Below are positions 1 to 10,187 of a stretch of 64,000 nucleotides of DNA, piece after piece (position 1 is the stretch's first letter; the number at the start of each line of letters is the position of its first letter). Position numbers and translations under genes: made by a program. Origin of the DNA: a bacterium (lineage in GTDB: Bacteria > Desulfobacterota > Anaeroferrophillalia > Anaeroferrophillales > Tharpellaceae). The notes beneath the pieces were generated by a model. The model searched no databases, had not been told where the DNA came from, and saw only the letters and a program-made list of their open reading frames with translations. The stretch lies in the NCBI GenBank assembly GCA_029932385.1, contig JAOZQE010000001.1:1475-65474 (forward strand), in the 5' to 3' direction.

Positions 1-445
1 GCGGGCTGCTACCATGATGTTCTCCGGCAAAGCTGATTGGGATAAGCTTTTTTCTGCCATAGAAAATGCCCCTCTGCCGATTATCGGTTCTGGTGATATT
101 GATGATGTCGAAACCGCAAACCAATATCTGGCCCACCCCGGTCTTTCCGGAATCATGCTCGGTCGCGGAACCTTTGGCCGACCCTGGTTTTTTCGGGAGA
201 TAAAGGAATTCTTGCGAGATGATAAGAGCTGGTCTCCCGCTCCTGAGTTGAAACGGAAAACCATTTTAAAACATGGAGAGTTACTCAAAGAAGAATACGG
301 GGAAGAAATTGGCCTTTTACTCTACCGCAAACATTTATCCTGGTACATAAAAGGTATTCCCGGGGCCGCTGCATTCAGAAAAAAGATTTTCACATTAACT
401 GAATACTCTGCAATAAGAGAAATTGTTAACGAACTTTTTGGCTAA
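1..445 (+). CDS. dusB: tRNA-dihydrouridine synthase, C-terminal part (5' end lies outside window)
   Basis: ORF is open to position 1; C-terminal Dus TIM-barrel/helical region motifs (PIIGSGDI, GIMLGRG) seen in translation. Confidence 0.7.
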   Translation, partial: RAATMMFSGKADWDKLFSAIENAPLPIIGSGDIDDVETANQYLAHPGLSGIMLGRGTFGRPWFFREIKEFLRDDKSWSPAPELKRKTILKHGELLKEEYGEEIGLLLYRKHLSWYIKGIPGAAAFRKKIFTLTEYSAIREIVNELFG

Positions 446-509
446 CCTGATCTTTAGCCGCCGACCGTAAGCAGATAATTTTAGATAACGTTATTCTCTT
501 ACTGAAATG

Positions 510-2066
510 CTATTCTTTAAATTTATCGCGTAATTTGTATTTTAGAATTTTGCCGCTGGCACTGCGAGGCATTTCTTTAACAAAAAGAATCCGGCGAGGA
601 GCTTTGTACGAAGCGATTTCAGCTTTGCAAAATGACCTTAATTCGGTTTCATTTACACTCTTCCCCGGTTTCAGCTGAACAACTGCGGTTACAGCTTCAC
701 CCCATTTTTCATCTGGCAGCGCGATGACGGCAGCCTGACTAACATCAGGATGTCGGTAAAGAACATTTTCCACTTCAGCCGGATAGACATTTTCGCCGCC
801 GGTAATAATCATATCCTTTTTCCGATCAACGACATAGATGAACCCTTTACTATCAACTTTACAAAGATCGAGCGGATAATACCAGCCATTCCGAAAAACT
901 GCTGCGGTTTCGGCTTCTTTGCGCCAGTAGCCGACGCAGTTTCCCAGTCCACGAACTTTAAGCTCACCGACTACACCGGGAGCTGTCGGCTGGTCGTTTT
1001 CATCAACCACAATACTCTCCATGTCAGCGAATGAACGACCGCAGGAAGCCAGGATATCATTATTGCCGGCGGCCAATGCCTGTTCAACATCGGCAAGCTG
1101 CAGGATTGTAGTCTGCCCCACCGTCTCACTGGTACCAAAAAGATGGATAAAAACATTGCCATAGATCTTTATGGCTTTTTGAAAAACTACCGGAGTGACC
1201 GGCGCCCCGGCAAAATAGATCTTCTTTAAACTGCTGAAATCATATTTTGTGAAGTCGCTGAACTCAGCCAGAAAGAGAACCATCGGGGTCGCCAGCATCC
1301 CGGTGGTGATTTTGTATTTCTCAACCAGTTCGAGAAACGTCGGCACATCCCACATCGGCATAATAATTGAGGTCGTACCACTGTAGATATGGTTCATCAA
1401 GGTTACTGTACCGGTTGCGTGAAACAGCGGCGAAGCAACGATGCCGACATCATCACTATCCATTTTCAACTCTAAAGTCAGGCTGCGGCCGACATGATAG
1501 AAATTGCGATGCGTTGCCATACAACCTTTTGGCGCACCGGTAGTGCCGCTGGTATAGAGCAGTGCCGCGAGATCATCTTCGAGCGGTAAAGCATTGGGAG
1601 CTGCGGCGGAAGCCGCAGCAATAAGATCTTCATAATGATGCCAGCCCTCTGGAGTGTTGTCCGGATTACCGATAAAAATAACCTCCTTGATAAAAGGCAG
1701 GTTCGGGCTGATTTTCTCGAAATGTTCCCGATATTCCTCATTAACCATTATAATAATCGGTTCGGCATCAAGCAGGATACTCTGCATCTCTTTCGGTGCC
1801 AGGCGAAAATTGAGCATCACCAGGATCAGGCCAGCACCCGGAATGCTGAAATAGGATTCAGCATTTTCGATGCTGTTAGTACTTAAAATTGCGACTCGCT
1901 CACCCTTTTTCAGACCAAAATCGAGCAACGCATTTGTCATGCGTTGACAACGATCCACCATCTCGGCAAAAGTAAAGCTGCGTTCTCCTTCGATTAAAGC
2001 AATTTTATCCGGATTAAACTCAAGATTACGGCGCAGCATATTATTCAGCGTACAAAAGCTTTTCAT
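510..2066 (-). CDS. AMP-forming acyl-CoA synthetase (fatty-acid--CoA ligase family)
   Basis: 518 aa; AMP-binding signature YTSGTTGAPKG and C-terminal lid motifs; first gene downstream in an acyl-CoA operon. Confidence 0.85.
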   Translation of the reverse strand: MKSFCTLNNMLRRNLEFNPDKIALIEGERSFTFAEMVDRCQRMTNALLDFGLKKGERVAILSTNSIENAESYFSIPGAGLILVMLNFRLAPKEMQSILLDAEPIIIMVNEEYREHFEKISPNLPFIKEVIFIGNPDNTPEGWHHYEDLIAAASAAAPNALPLEDDLAALLYTSGTTGAPKGCMATHRNFYHVGRSLTLELKMDSDDVGIVASPLFHATGTVTLMNHIYSGTTSIIMPMWDVPTFLELVEKYKITTGMLATPMVLFLAEFSDFTKYDFSSLKKIYFAGAPVTPVVFQKAIKIYGNVFIHLFGTSETVGQTTILQLADVEQALAAGNNDILASCGRSFADMESIVVDENDQPTAPGVVGELKVRGLGNCVGYWRKEAETAAVFRNGWYYPLDLCKVDSKGFIYVVDRKKDMIITGGENVYPAEVENVLYRHPDVSQAAVIALPDEKWGEAVTAVVQLKPGKSVNETELRSFCKAEIASYKAPRRILFVKEMPRSASGKILKYKLRDKFKE

Positions 2067-2096
2067 CTCTTTAAGTCTCCCCTATCCTGCTAACGC

Positions 2097-3248
2097 TTAA
2101 GTCATGGCATTGATACCAGTCAATTCCCGGCCGATCATAAGTTTGTGCATCTCGCTGGTGCCGCCGAGAATGGTGCTTAAAACCGCGTCGCGATGATGAT
2201 GTTCAAGGTCATATTCATCAGTGCAGCCGTAGGCTCCATGCAGGCGAATCGCTTCGGCTGCAGATTTTACGGCCAGTTCAGTAGCCAGCCACTTTGCACT
2301 TGAAAGCTCTTTCCCATGCGGTTTTCCCTGATCTTTAAGATCGGCGGCATAATATAGCTGCCAGCGCAAAGGTGCGATCTCAGCCGCCATGCGGGCAAGG
2401 ACTTCCTGAACAAGTTGGAAACCACCAATTGGCCGACCAAATTGTTCGCGCTCTTTCACATATCGCAAACTCGAATTAATGCATCCCTGGGTTATCCCCA
2501 AGGCTCCGGCGGTGATAAAAACCCGGGCCGTATCGATGCCGTGAAAGGCACCATGCAACCCCCGGCCGACTTTGCCGATAAGATTATCAGCTGGCACCTT
2601 ACAGTCGGAGAAAGCCAGATTAACAATGTTACTGGTGCGCCCGCCGACCAGACGGACATCCTCAAAACTTATTCCTGCGGATTTACTGTCAACCAGTAGC
2701 AGCACCATTCCCTTGGTGCCAAGTTTTTTATCCGTCTGCGCCAGAACCAGAAGATAGTCAGCCAGGCCGCCGCCGGTGACAAAGTTTTTTGTTCCGTTCA
2801 GAAGCCAGCCGCCATCGTTCAATTTCGCACTACACTCGATTGCGGTCGCGTCACTGCCGGCATTAGGCTCAACTGTAGCTGTCGCAAACATTAACTCACC
2901 TCGACATAGAGGCTCAAGGTATCTCTTTTTCTGCTCATCTGTGGCGACAGCACTTAAAATAGTACCGCTCAAAACGGCATGGCCCAAAGTGCCTAAAGCC
3001 ATAGTCCAGCTGACTTTACTCAGCTCCTCCCAGATTATAGCGCAGGAGAGATAGTCGAGCCCGGAACCACCATATTCTTTTGGAAGATGAGCCCCGAGCA
3101 GGCCCAAATCAGCCAGTTTTTTGGTCAGGTGTACAGGCGTACGCCGCTCTTTTTCATACTCCTGGAGGATGGGCCGCATCTCATTTTCAGCAAATTTTCG
3201 GGCCAGATCGCGCAACATCAACTGCTCTTCAGAAAAAGAAAAATCCAT
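2097..3248 (-). CDS. acyl-CoA dehydrogenase
   Basis: 383 aa; ACAD N/M/C domain pattern, C-terminal catalytic region (GGxxEMxKxMIGREL-like tail). Confidence 0.85.
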   Translation of the reverse strand: MDFSFSEEQLMLRDLARKFAENEMRPILQEYEKERRTPVHLTKKLADLGLLGAHLPKEYGGSGLDYLSCAIIWEELSKVSWTMALGTLGHAVLSGTILSAVATDEQKKRYLEPLCRGELMFATATVEPNAGSDATAIECSAKLNDGGWLLNGTKNFVTGGGLADYLLVLAQTDKKLGTKGMVLLLVDSKSAGISFEDVRLVGGRTSNIVNLAFSDCKVPADNLIGKVGRGLHGAFHGIDTARVFITAGALGITQGCINSSLRYVKEREQFGRPIGGFQLVQEVLARMAAEIAPLRWQLYYAADLKDQGKPHGKELSSAKWLATELAVKSAAEAIRLHGAYGCTDEYDLEHHHRDAVLSTILGGTSEMHKLMIGRELTGINAMT

Positions 3249-3282
3249 AATTTACTCCGTAATTTTGTAAAGTATCTTTAAC

Positions 3283-4839
3283 TTACAAAGGCATATTGCC
3301 GTGATGACCAGGCCGCCGGCGCCGTTCTTTGTTTTGCAGTAGACGTAACGAGCGGGTCAGGCAACGACGGGTCTCACGGGGTTCGATAATATCCTGAACG
3401 TAGGTTACCTGTGACGCCAGGGCCAGTGAATCGGCGTAAAGGGCGCTGTATTCTGATACCTTTTCTGCTCTGAAAGAGTCAGGATCTTCGGCTACGGCAA
3501 TCTCTTTCGCGTAAAACAGATTAACCGCCTGCGGGGCACCCATCGCGCCAATTTCAGCGGTCGGCCAGGCAAAAATCAGATCGGTGCCGAAGCCGGGCAG
3601 GATGCCCATTCCTAAAGCGGCACCGCCGTAGACTTTACGCAGCAGAATTGCGACTTTGGGAACGGTGGCTTCGGAAAGCGCATAAAGGACTTTGGCTCCG
3701 TGAGTGATAATGCCGGCATGTTCCTGATCTTTGCCCGGAAGATAGCCCGGCGTATCGACCAGAAGCACCAGCGGAATATTAAAACAGTCACAGAAGCGAA
3801 TAAAACGGGCCTGTTTGAGAGAACTTTCCACCGTCATACAACCGGCCTTAACCATCGGTTGATTAGCAACAATCCCGATGCTGCGGCCATCGATACGAGC
3901 GAAACCAACAATGATCTCTTGTGCAAATCCGGCTTTGACTTCACAGAAATCACCCATATCAACCAGCTCGGTAATTACTTTGCGCATATCGTAAGCCCGG
4001 GTCGTAACTGCAGGTACTATCTCATTGAGACGATCGGCCAGACGTTCCGGATCATCCTCATTTTTCTGCTGATCCGGTGATTTCTGCCAGTTATCCGGGA
4101 GAAAATCGAGTAGACGCCTGATCTCAGAGAAACAATCAAGTTCACTATTAACCTTGAAATCAGCAACCCCGGTTTTGTTACAGTGAACTTCGGCCCCGCC
4201 AAGATTAGCCATTGAGATCTCTTCGCCAGTAACCGATTTTATCACTTTCGGGCCAGTAATGAACATATGCGACTCTTTATCGACCATAAAGATAAAATCC
4301 ATCAACGCCGGCGAATAGACCGAACCGCCGGTAGTATTGCCGAAAATTGCGGCGATCTGCGGAATAACACCCGAACTTAAGGTGTTAACGTAAAAAACGA
4401 CTCCGGCGTGCTTCTCATCACTGACCCGGTAAGGATCATCGCTACCGGCAAGCTCCGGCCGCACCACCCGGGCCCCGGGGGAGTTGTTCAAAGCGATGAT
4501 CGGCACGCCCATCTCCAAGGCCATTTCATGAATTTTGTAGAGTTTGCGGCCGTGCATATAGCCCTGTGAGCCGCCCATAACCGTTACATCCTGGGCGTAG
4601 ACGCAGACAATCCGGTTATTGATGATGCCGTGGCCGGTAACGATGCCGTCGCCCGGAGCCCCGTCGAGATGTTTGATCAGGCGGTTGAATTCAACAAAAC
4701 TGCCTTCATCCAGCAGAGCGTTGATTCTCTCACGGGCCGTCAGCTGGCCTTTTCCATGCACCCGGTCAATCTTATCCTGTCCACCGCCGAGAGCGGCTGC
4801 AGCCTTAACCTCTCTTAAACGATCAATTTTTTCCTGCAT
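3283..4839 (-). CDS. acyl-CoA carboxylase carboxyltransferase subunit (propionyl-CoA carboxylase beta / methylmalonyl-CoA carboxyltransferase family)
   Basis: 518 aa; N-terminal EKIDRL...GGG..KI.R.H.KGKLTARERI motif and C-terminal ...HGNMPL typical of PccB-type carboxyltransferases. Confidence 0.85.
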   Translation of the reverse strand: MQEKIDRLREVKAAAALGGGQDKIDRVHGKGQLTARERINALLDEGSFVEFNRLIKHLDGAPGDGIVTGHGIINNRIVCVYAQDVTVMGGSQGYMHGRKLYKIHEMALEMGVPIIALNNSPGARVVRPELAGSDDPYRVSDEKHAGVVFYVNTLSSGVIPQIAAIFGNTTGGSVYSPALMDFIFMVDKESHMFITGPKVIKSVTGEEISMANLGGAEVHCNKTGVADFKVNSELDCFSEIRRLLDFLPDNWQKSPDQQKNEDDPERLADRLNEIVPAVTTRAYDMRKVITELVDMGDFCEVKAGFAQEIIVGFARIDGRSIGIVANQPMVKAGCMTVESSLKQARFIRFCDCFNIPLVLLVDTPGYLPGKDQEHAGIITHGAKVLYALSEATVPKVAILLRKVYGGAALGMGILPGFGTDLIFAWPTAEIGAMGAPQAVNLFYAKEIAVAEDPDSFRAEKVSEYSALYADSLALASQVTYVQDIIEPRETRRCLTRSLRLLQNKERRRRPGHHGNMPL

Positions 4840-4852
4840 TTAATTTAACTCC

Positions 4853-5047
4853 TTATCCTTTGCTATCGACAAAGACACCTTTAGTAAAAATTTTCAGAAA
4901 TATTGCACCTAACTCTGCAGCAGTAATCTTACCATCCTGCTGAAACCAGTTACAGGTATAGTAAACCATGCCGAAAAAAGCGTAGGGGGCGACCCGCCGC
5001 TGCCGGTATTTATCGAACGCGCCCGGCAGTTGGGTTACTATACCCAT
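4853..5047 (-). CDS. small hypothetical protein (64 aa), possibly a gene remnant
   Basis: Fills the gap between the AAA ATPase and the carboxyltransferase gene; no recognisable family. Confidence 0.2.
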   Translation of the reverse strand: MGIVTQLPGAFDKYRQRRVAPYAFFGMVYYTCNWFQQDGKITAAELGAIFLKIFTKGVFVDSKG

Positions 5048-5095
5048 CTTGATCGTTGACAGGATTGCGACTATTCCTATTTTCCTACCCTCACA

Positions 5096-6445
5096 TTATG
5101 ATGAAAAAACTTCCGTGAGCAACCTTTTAGTCTGGCCCACCAGATAGAGAGGAAGAGTGATAAGCATAACGGTTTTTTGTCGCAAACAGGAGGGTTGCAT
5201 GGTGTTAAAACGTAAAGCAACAGGTACTTTTTTTTCCGCTATAAAAAGCTGTAGTGATTTTAAGGAGCCGGTCGTTCCAGCCTTGATCTCGACTGGAACA
5301 ACTTGGTTTTCATGAGCAATCAAATAGTCAACCTCGGCACTGGAGCCTCTCTTTTCTCGGTTCCAGTAAAAAAGTTGCGGTTTTTCGTAGGCGGGTCGAT
5401 CATACAGCAGGTGCTGACCAATAAATTGTTCGGCCATGGCACCACTGTTTATCATGAGCAAATTATCGGCAACCTCAAACTTGACCAAGTTTAAGCCTAA
5501 AGAGGTCGAAACCAAACCTGCATCAAGAAAAAGGGGCTTGAAATCTTTCTCTTTCGCTTCTGCAGCCAAAGGAATACCATTACCAGCACTATGGTGCACC
5601 TGATAAAAAATCCGGGCAAGCTCTAAAAGGTGTAAGCTGTCGGCGAGCTCTCGTGCACGCTCCTTAGGATCAATATTTACATATTTTAACTTCCCGCCCA
5701 CCAGGGACGGCAGACGTCGAAAAACTTTGCGCAACCTTTGCGGGTAGATCCGTTTACGGTACTTTCCAAAATCATCTTCATAGGTTTGCAGAATAATCTC
5801 ATGCTCTCTGACCGCCTCAGTCAGCTCACCTGAATCACAAAACCTCTTTATGGCGGCCGGCATCCCGCCGACAACCAAAAACAGCTTTACGTAATAAAGA
5901 AAGTTTTGGTGAATAGATTCGGGGATAGAATCAGCCAGACTGAATGTCGAGAGAAACTTTACAAGTCTATCTTGTCCTTGAGCCCAAAGAAATTCTTCAA
6001 AATCCATAGGCCCTAAATGCAGGTATTCTATGCGGCCAACCGGCATGGAAAAATCGTGTTCCGCCAGCAGGAATTCAAGCAGGGATCCGGCACAGACAAT
6101 ATGAATATCCGGTCGTTCTTCATAGAAATAGCGCAACAATGGAAGTATTTCCGGTGCAGCCTGAATTTCATCAAAGAAAAGAAGAGTTTTCCCAGGGCTA
6201 ATGTCGCTGTCGCTGTCAATCTGTAAAAGCTCAATAATTTTATCTATGTCTCGGCTTTTAAAAAGTTGCACTTTTTCCGGATGCTTATCAAAATTGATCT
6301 CAACTAAAAAATCAAACTGTTGGGCAAATTCTCTTACCAACCAGGTTTTTCCAATCTGTCTGGCTCCCCGAATGATAAGTGGTCTACGACTCTTACGTTT
6401 TCGCCATTCAATAAGATAATTTATGGCCTTACGATACATGGACAC
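5096..6445 (-). CDS. AAA+ ATPase with DUF4143 C-terminal domain (AAA_14 family ATP-binding protein)
   Basis: 449 aa; Walker A GARQIGKT, Walker B LLFFDEIQ, GGMP and EVDYL motifs of the AAA_14/DUF4143 family; coding sequence visibly AT-richer than its neighbours. Confidence 0.8.
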   Translation of the reverse strand: MSMYRKAINYLIEWRKRKSRRPLIIRGARQIGKTWLVREFAQQFDFLVEINFDKHPEKVQLFKSRDIDKIIELLQIDSDSDISPGKTLLFFDEIQAAPEILPLLRYFYEERPDIHIVCAGSLLEFLLAEHDFSMPVGRIEYLHLGPMDFEEFLWAQGQDRLVKFLSTFSLADSIPESIHQNFLYYVKLFLVVGGMPAAIKRFCDSGELTEAVREHEIILQTYEDDFGKYRKRIYPQRLRKVFRRLPSLVGGKLKYVNIDPKERARELADSLHLLELARIFYQVHHSAGNGIPLAAEAKEKDFKPLFLDAGLVSTSLGLNLVKFEVADNLLMINSGAMAEQFIGQHLLYDRPAYEKPQLFYWNREKRGSSAEVDYLIAHENQVVPVEIKAGTTGSLKSLQLFIAEKKVPVALRFNTMQPSCLRQKTVMLITLPLYLVGQTKRLLTEVFSS

Positions 6446-6756
6446 CTCGATAGTTCCGGGACACGTTCAATTATTGTTAAAAATGAATTATGCTGCCATT
6501 ATACACTTCTATGGATAAAAGACAAGGGTCATTTGTTCTTTATTGGATAAAATAGAGTTATTTTTCAATGATTCAACGGTATTTGAATCTCTTTTAAGGT
6601 AACTAAAAAAAGGCTCCGGTCAAACAAAATAGCGACCGAGGCCTTGTGTAATGAAAAGTCTATCTGATTTAAAATCAGGTTTGCGGAATGAAGCACACAT
6701 CTTTCACCTTGGCCGTCAGGTATCTGTTCGTGGGGGTGTTTGGCGATACCTTAGAT

Positions 6757-6787
6757 GGGCACGGCATTAGTCGCGCCCTTTTTTTGT
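6757..6787 (+). terminator. intrinsic terminator-like hairpin (GGGCACG-N8-CGCGCCC followed by T8) inside a 740 bp non-coding gap
   Basis: 7 bp GC-rich stem with one mismatch followed by TTTTTTTT on the plus strand; no plus-strand CDS upstream, which implies an unannotated short transcript. Confidence 0.45.
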
Positions 6788-7183
6788 GCCTAAAATTCGG
6801 CCATTTAATACGACCTGGAACAACCTGACATTACCAAAAGGTGTTGCAAAGATCATATAAAAGTTTAATAAAAACATTTACTTAACATGGAAAAACCTCT
6901 ATTAAAAGCGTCCCACAAAAGAGCCGGTTGCCGGAGTATCTCCCGTGAAGAACTGGGCCTGCTGCCGATTGCGGAAATTAAAACATGAAAATGCGAAGAA
7001 AGAAACCCTTGCAAAAACTTCTGCGGCAGACCGGCTTTCTGAGCATCAGCCTGATACTGCGACTACCGCTCTGGGTTCTGCTTTTTCTCGTGCGGCCGGG
7101 AAAACCATTTGACTATCTGTTTCTTGTCTATCCAGGCTCAAAAACGGACTTATCCGGTTACTGCCCCAATTGGGTTATTATGT

Positions 7184-8044
7184 TCATCTTGATCGCTGAG
7201 TCAATACCAGCTCGCCCATATTAACTTTAAGGTGTTCAGCTACAACCTGACATTTGGCTTTGAGGAAGAAAAATATCGGGGCTTTGACTTCTGAGAGGGT
7301 TTCGAAATTGCCCTGACCTTTACTGACAATAAGTGGGGCGTTGTGAAACAGGTCGAGAAATTCAGGACTGCAGAGATCCAGCACGGTTCCGGGAGCGCGG
7401 CAACCGGATGAGATGATTTTGGCACAGCCATCGATACCGGCGGCTACGGCATCGGCCATAACAGCGTCATTGATAATTGGCTTTTCCCTGACAACATAGG
7501 TCACCGGGGTTACGGTCTCTTTAATGATGGTCTCGATAAAAAGCCGATCCATGACTGTTTCCCCGGTGTTATCGCCAAGATAGAGAAGCCAGTCAGCTTG
7601 CGCTAGAGATTCAAAAAAATCACCTTCCTGCCATTTGCCAAAAGACCCCGCTTCGACTACCCGCTCAAGTTCCGCTTTGAGATCAAATTGCGAGGCAACG
7701 GCGAAATCAATAACATTGCCGGCAACTGCAAATTTTGCCGCCAGGCTTAGAGGCACAGCGGTTGTATCGACCTGTTGTTTAAGTTCCGGATAGAGTCCAA
7801 GGGCTTTTTCTGTACTCTCATCCTTGATTTCCCGAAAAGGATCTTCAAGCCCGGTGTAGCGGCTGATCATATCATAGAGTTTAATTGAAGTTTTCGGCGG
7901 CGGGTCGGCCAGCTCAAGGTCTGCGAAATGGCCCGCAAATTCGCGCATCATGGCAAAGCACTCGGCCTCGGAAAGATTAAGCATACGCCCGATCCGGACA
8001 ATTTGGTTCATGAAACAGGGTAGACAATCGAGATAAGTTTTCAT
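7184..8044 (-). CDS. DUF89 / ARMT1-like damage-control phosphatase family protein
   Basis: 286 aa; starts MKTYLDCLPCF, contains DNTGE and SKGQGN motifs characteristic of DUF89. Confidence 0.75.
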   Translation of the reverse strand: MKTYLDCLPCFMNQIVRIGRMLNLSEAECFAMMREFAGHFADLELADPPPKTSIKLYDMISRYTGLEDPFREIKDESTEKALGLYPELKQQVDTTAVPLSLAAKFAVAGNVIDFAVASQFDLKAELERVVEAGSFGKWQEGDFFESLAQADWLLYLGDNTGETVMDRLFIETIIKETVTPVTYVVREKPIINDAVMADAVAAGIDGCAKIISSGCRAPGTVLDLCSPEFLDLFHNAPLIVSKGQGNFETLSEVKAPIFFFLKAKCQVVAEHLKVNMGELVLTQRSR

Positions 8045-8045
8045 A

Positions 8046-8951
8046 TTAGAATTTTTTCTGCAGGGTTAAAATAATACCGGAAATAATCATGATTATACCG
8101 ATGCCGTGGAACCAGAAAAATCTTTCTCCTAAAAAGAGAATTGCCATAATCGTTCCGAAAACCGGGGATAAGTGAATAAAAAGTCCGGCCCGGTTGGCAC
8201 CGATCAATTCAATTCCGCGATTATAACAAAAATAGGAGACGATTGAAGGGAAAATTACAACATAGGAGATAGTTAAAAAAGTCGGGCCGTTCAAACTGAG
8301 TGCTTTAACGGTAAAATTTTCCCAGAGATAGATCGGCAAAATCATCATTGTGCCGGCAATAAAGGTAAAACCAATAAAACTTAATGGGTGAATATCCGGC
8401 CTTTGACGCAGCATCGTTGAATAGAAAGAGTAGCCGATAGCCGCAATCAAAATCATCACATCACCACGATTCAAGGCTAAAGAACGTAGCACCTCAAGAT
8501 CTCCCCGGGCGATAACCAGGACAACGCCGGCAAGTGAGAGGGCCACACCAACCCCTTGAAAAATTGTGATTTTATCGCGAAAAATCAGAAAAGAGAAGAG
8601 CATGATCAAAACCGGCATCAATGATTGGATCAGAAAAGCGTTAATCGCAATCGTGGAATGCAGGCCGCTGTAGAGCAGCGTGTTAAACATCGCGATCCCG
8701 GTTAATGCCAGCAGCAAAAGAAGCGGCAGGTTCTCGCGGCGGCGCATTATCGGCCAGTCTTTTTTCAATTTCGGCCAGGCAAAGTAGATAATAAGCAGAG
8801 AGGCCCCGGCCCAGCGCCAGAAAGAGAGAGCCACCGGCGGGACATCGAGCCGCATAAAGCGGCCAACAATACTATTGACAGACCAGAAAAAAACAGCTGC
8901 GGTTAAGAGTAAATAAGGCGCATTGTAGAGGCGTTGAAATAATTTTTTCAA
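8046..8951 (-). CDS. DMT superfamily (EamA-like) transporter
   Basis: 301 aa; ten predicted TM segments arranged as two EamA repeats. Confidence 0.8.
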   Translation of the reverse strand: MKKLFQRLYNAPYLLLTAAVFFWSVNSIVGRFMRLDVPPVALSFWRWAGASLLIIYFAWPKLKKDWPIMRRRENLPLLLLLALTGIAMFNTLLYSGLHSTIAINAFLIQSLMPVLIMLFSFLIFRDKITIFQGVGVALSLAGVVLVIARGDLEVLRSLALNRGDVMILIAAIGYSFYSTMLRQRPDIHPLSFIGFTFIAGTMMILPIYLWENFTVKALSLNGPTFLTISYVVIFPSIVSYFCYNRGIELIGANRAGLFIHLSPVFGTIMAILFLGERFFWFHGIGIIMIISGIILTLQKKF

Positions 8952-9016
8952 GGAATATTCTTTAGTTCAAAAAAGGTTAGAGGACATAATTGAGTGTTTT
9001 TCAAGACACCCTTATT

Positions 9017-10150
9017 TTATATATTAACCAGTCGGGCATCGTAAACCGGAGCCATTTGTGCCCAGTCGTAACCTGCAACCAGCCGACCGGGGCAAGACTG
9101 ACGGGTTTCGGTGATATTTTCAAGATGACATTCTATTTTCTTTAGCAGATCCAGATGGTCTGAATAGAAGAATTTATCATTAATCTCTCCAGGAAAATGT
9201 TCCGGATAGGCCAGCCGCCGTGGTAGCAGAGGATAACAGTTGCAGTAAACCGCCTCGATAACGCTTATCCCGAAGAAATCGTGATGCGAAGTAACCGGCA
9301 GCAGGTCGGCCCGCCAGAGCCAGGCTGCATATTCGCTGAAGCTTTCAACAAAGCCGAAATGTATAAGGCGCGGCCCCAGAAGTTCACGGTTACTTAGAAA
9401 AAGGTCAGGTGATACCGCACTCTGTTCACCTAAGATCGCAACCTCAAAATCAATCTCGTCCGCCATCAGACTCTGAAGCATCAGAAAAAATTCCGTCGGA
9501 TTTTTGTCGTACTCCCAGCGATGGTTCCAGAGAATCAACGGCGGTCGGGCCGGAGTAACCGTAACGGGTAAAATTTCAGGCTTAGATGTCAGCAAGCGCT
9601 TTAAATCAAGTCCGAGATGGAGAACTTCCGATTTTTTCTCAATAGCTGAAATTTCATCTGTTCCCTGATAATCAGGAAAACGCTGGAGAAATGGTGCCAG
9701 CGCGGCAAGAAAATTCCGGCGATGAAAATCGGAATTAAAAAGACAGATATCAGCAGCCAGAGCACTAGTGAAGTTAATCAGCCCGAATTGTCGATTGCGA
9801 CCGGCCGGATTCGACTTTTCATTCGGAGAGAGAGGATAGGTCAGCTGATTTTCGTGAAAATAGAGAGCAATCGGTAATCTAGAGCCCGAGTCAGCAGTTT
9901 TCCGGATTAAACCGGCAAACGTCGCCAGATCAAGCATGTCTGAAACCAGAAGCAGATCATATTGCCGGCCCTGCTGCAGAAGTTCCAAGTAGCGCCGCGC
10001 CAGAGTGACAGCCGCTCCCTGCATACGCCATTTCCAGTTTTTCCCGGGCAGTCCCAGAATTTCAACCTCATGGGTTGAATGTTGTTGATAACCCTGGGCC
10101 CAGGCGGCATGAGATCCGCCGTAGAATGGTTCGATCAACAAAATTCTCAC
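9017..10150 (-). CDS. GTDC1-like glycosyltransferase (DUF3524 + GT4 domain; tRNA-queuosine mannosyltransferase homologue)
   Basis: 377 aa; N-terminus MRILLIEPFYGGSH matches the GTDC1/DUF3524 signature (human GTDC1 MSILIIEAFYGGSHKQ); GT-B C-terminal domain. Confidence 0.7.
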   Translation of the reverse strand: MRILLIEPFYGGSHAAWAQGYQQHSTHEVEILGLPGKNWKWRMQGAAVTLARRYLELLQQGRQYDLLLVSDMLDLATFAGLIRKTADSGSRLPIALYFHENQLTYPLSPNEKSNPAGRNRQFGLINFTSALAADICLFNSDFHRRNFLAALAPFLQRFPDYQGTDEISAIEKKSEVLHLGLDLKRLLTSKPEILPVTVTPARPPLILWNHRWEYDKNPTEFFLMLQSLMADEIDFEVAILGEQSAVSPDLFLSNRELLGPRLIHFGFVESFSEYAAWLWRADLLPVTSHHDFFGISVIEAVYCNCYPLLPRRLAYPEHFPGEINDKFFYSDHLDLLKKIECHLENITETRQSCPGRLVAGYDWAQMAPVYDARLVNI

Positions 10151-10187
10151 AAAGAAAGTCCCGGCCGGCAGCAGAATTTAGAGAAAA

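Noticed and set aside
6985-7224. 79 aa plus-strand ORF at the end of the 740 bp gap
   Set aside because: It overlaps the 3' end of the DUF89 gene by 40 nt on the opposite strand and has a weak RBS. I kept it out of the feature list. It could be a small membrane protein but the evidence is insufficient.
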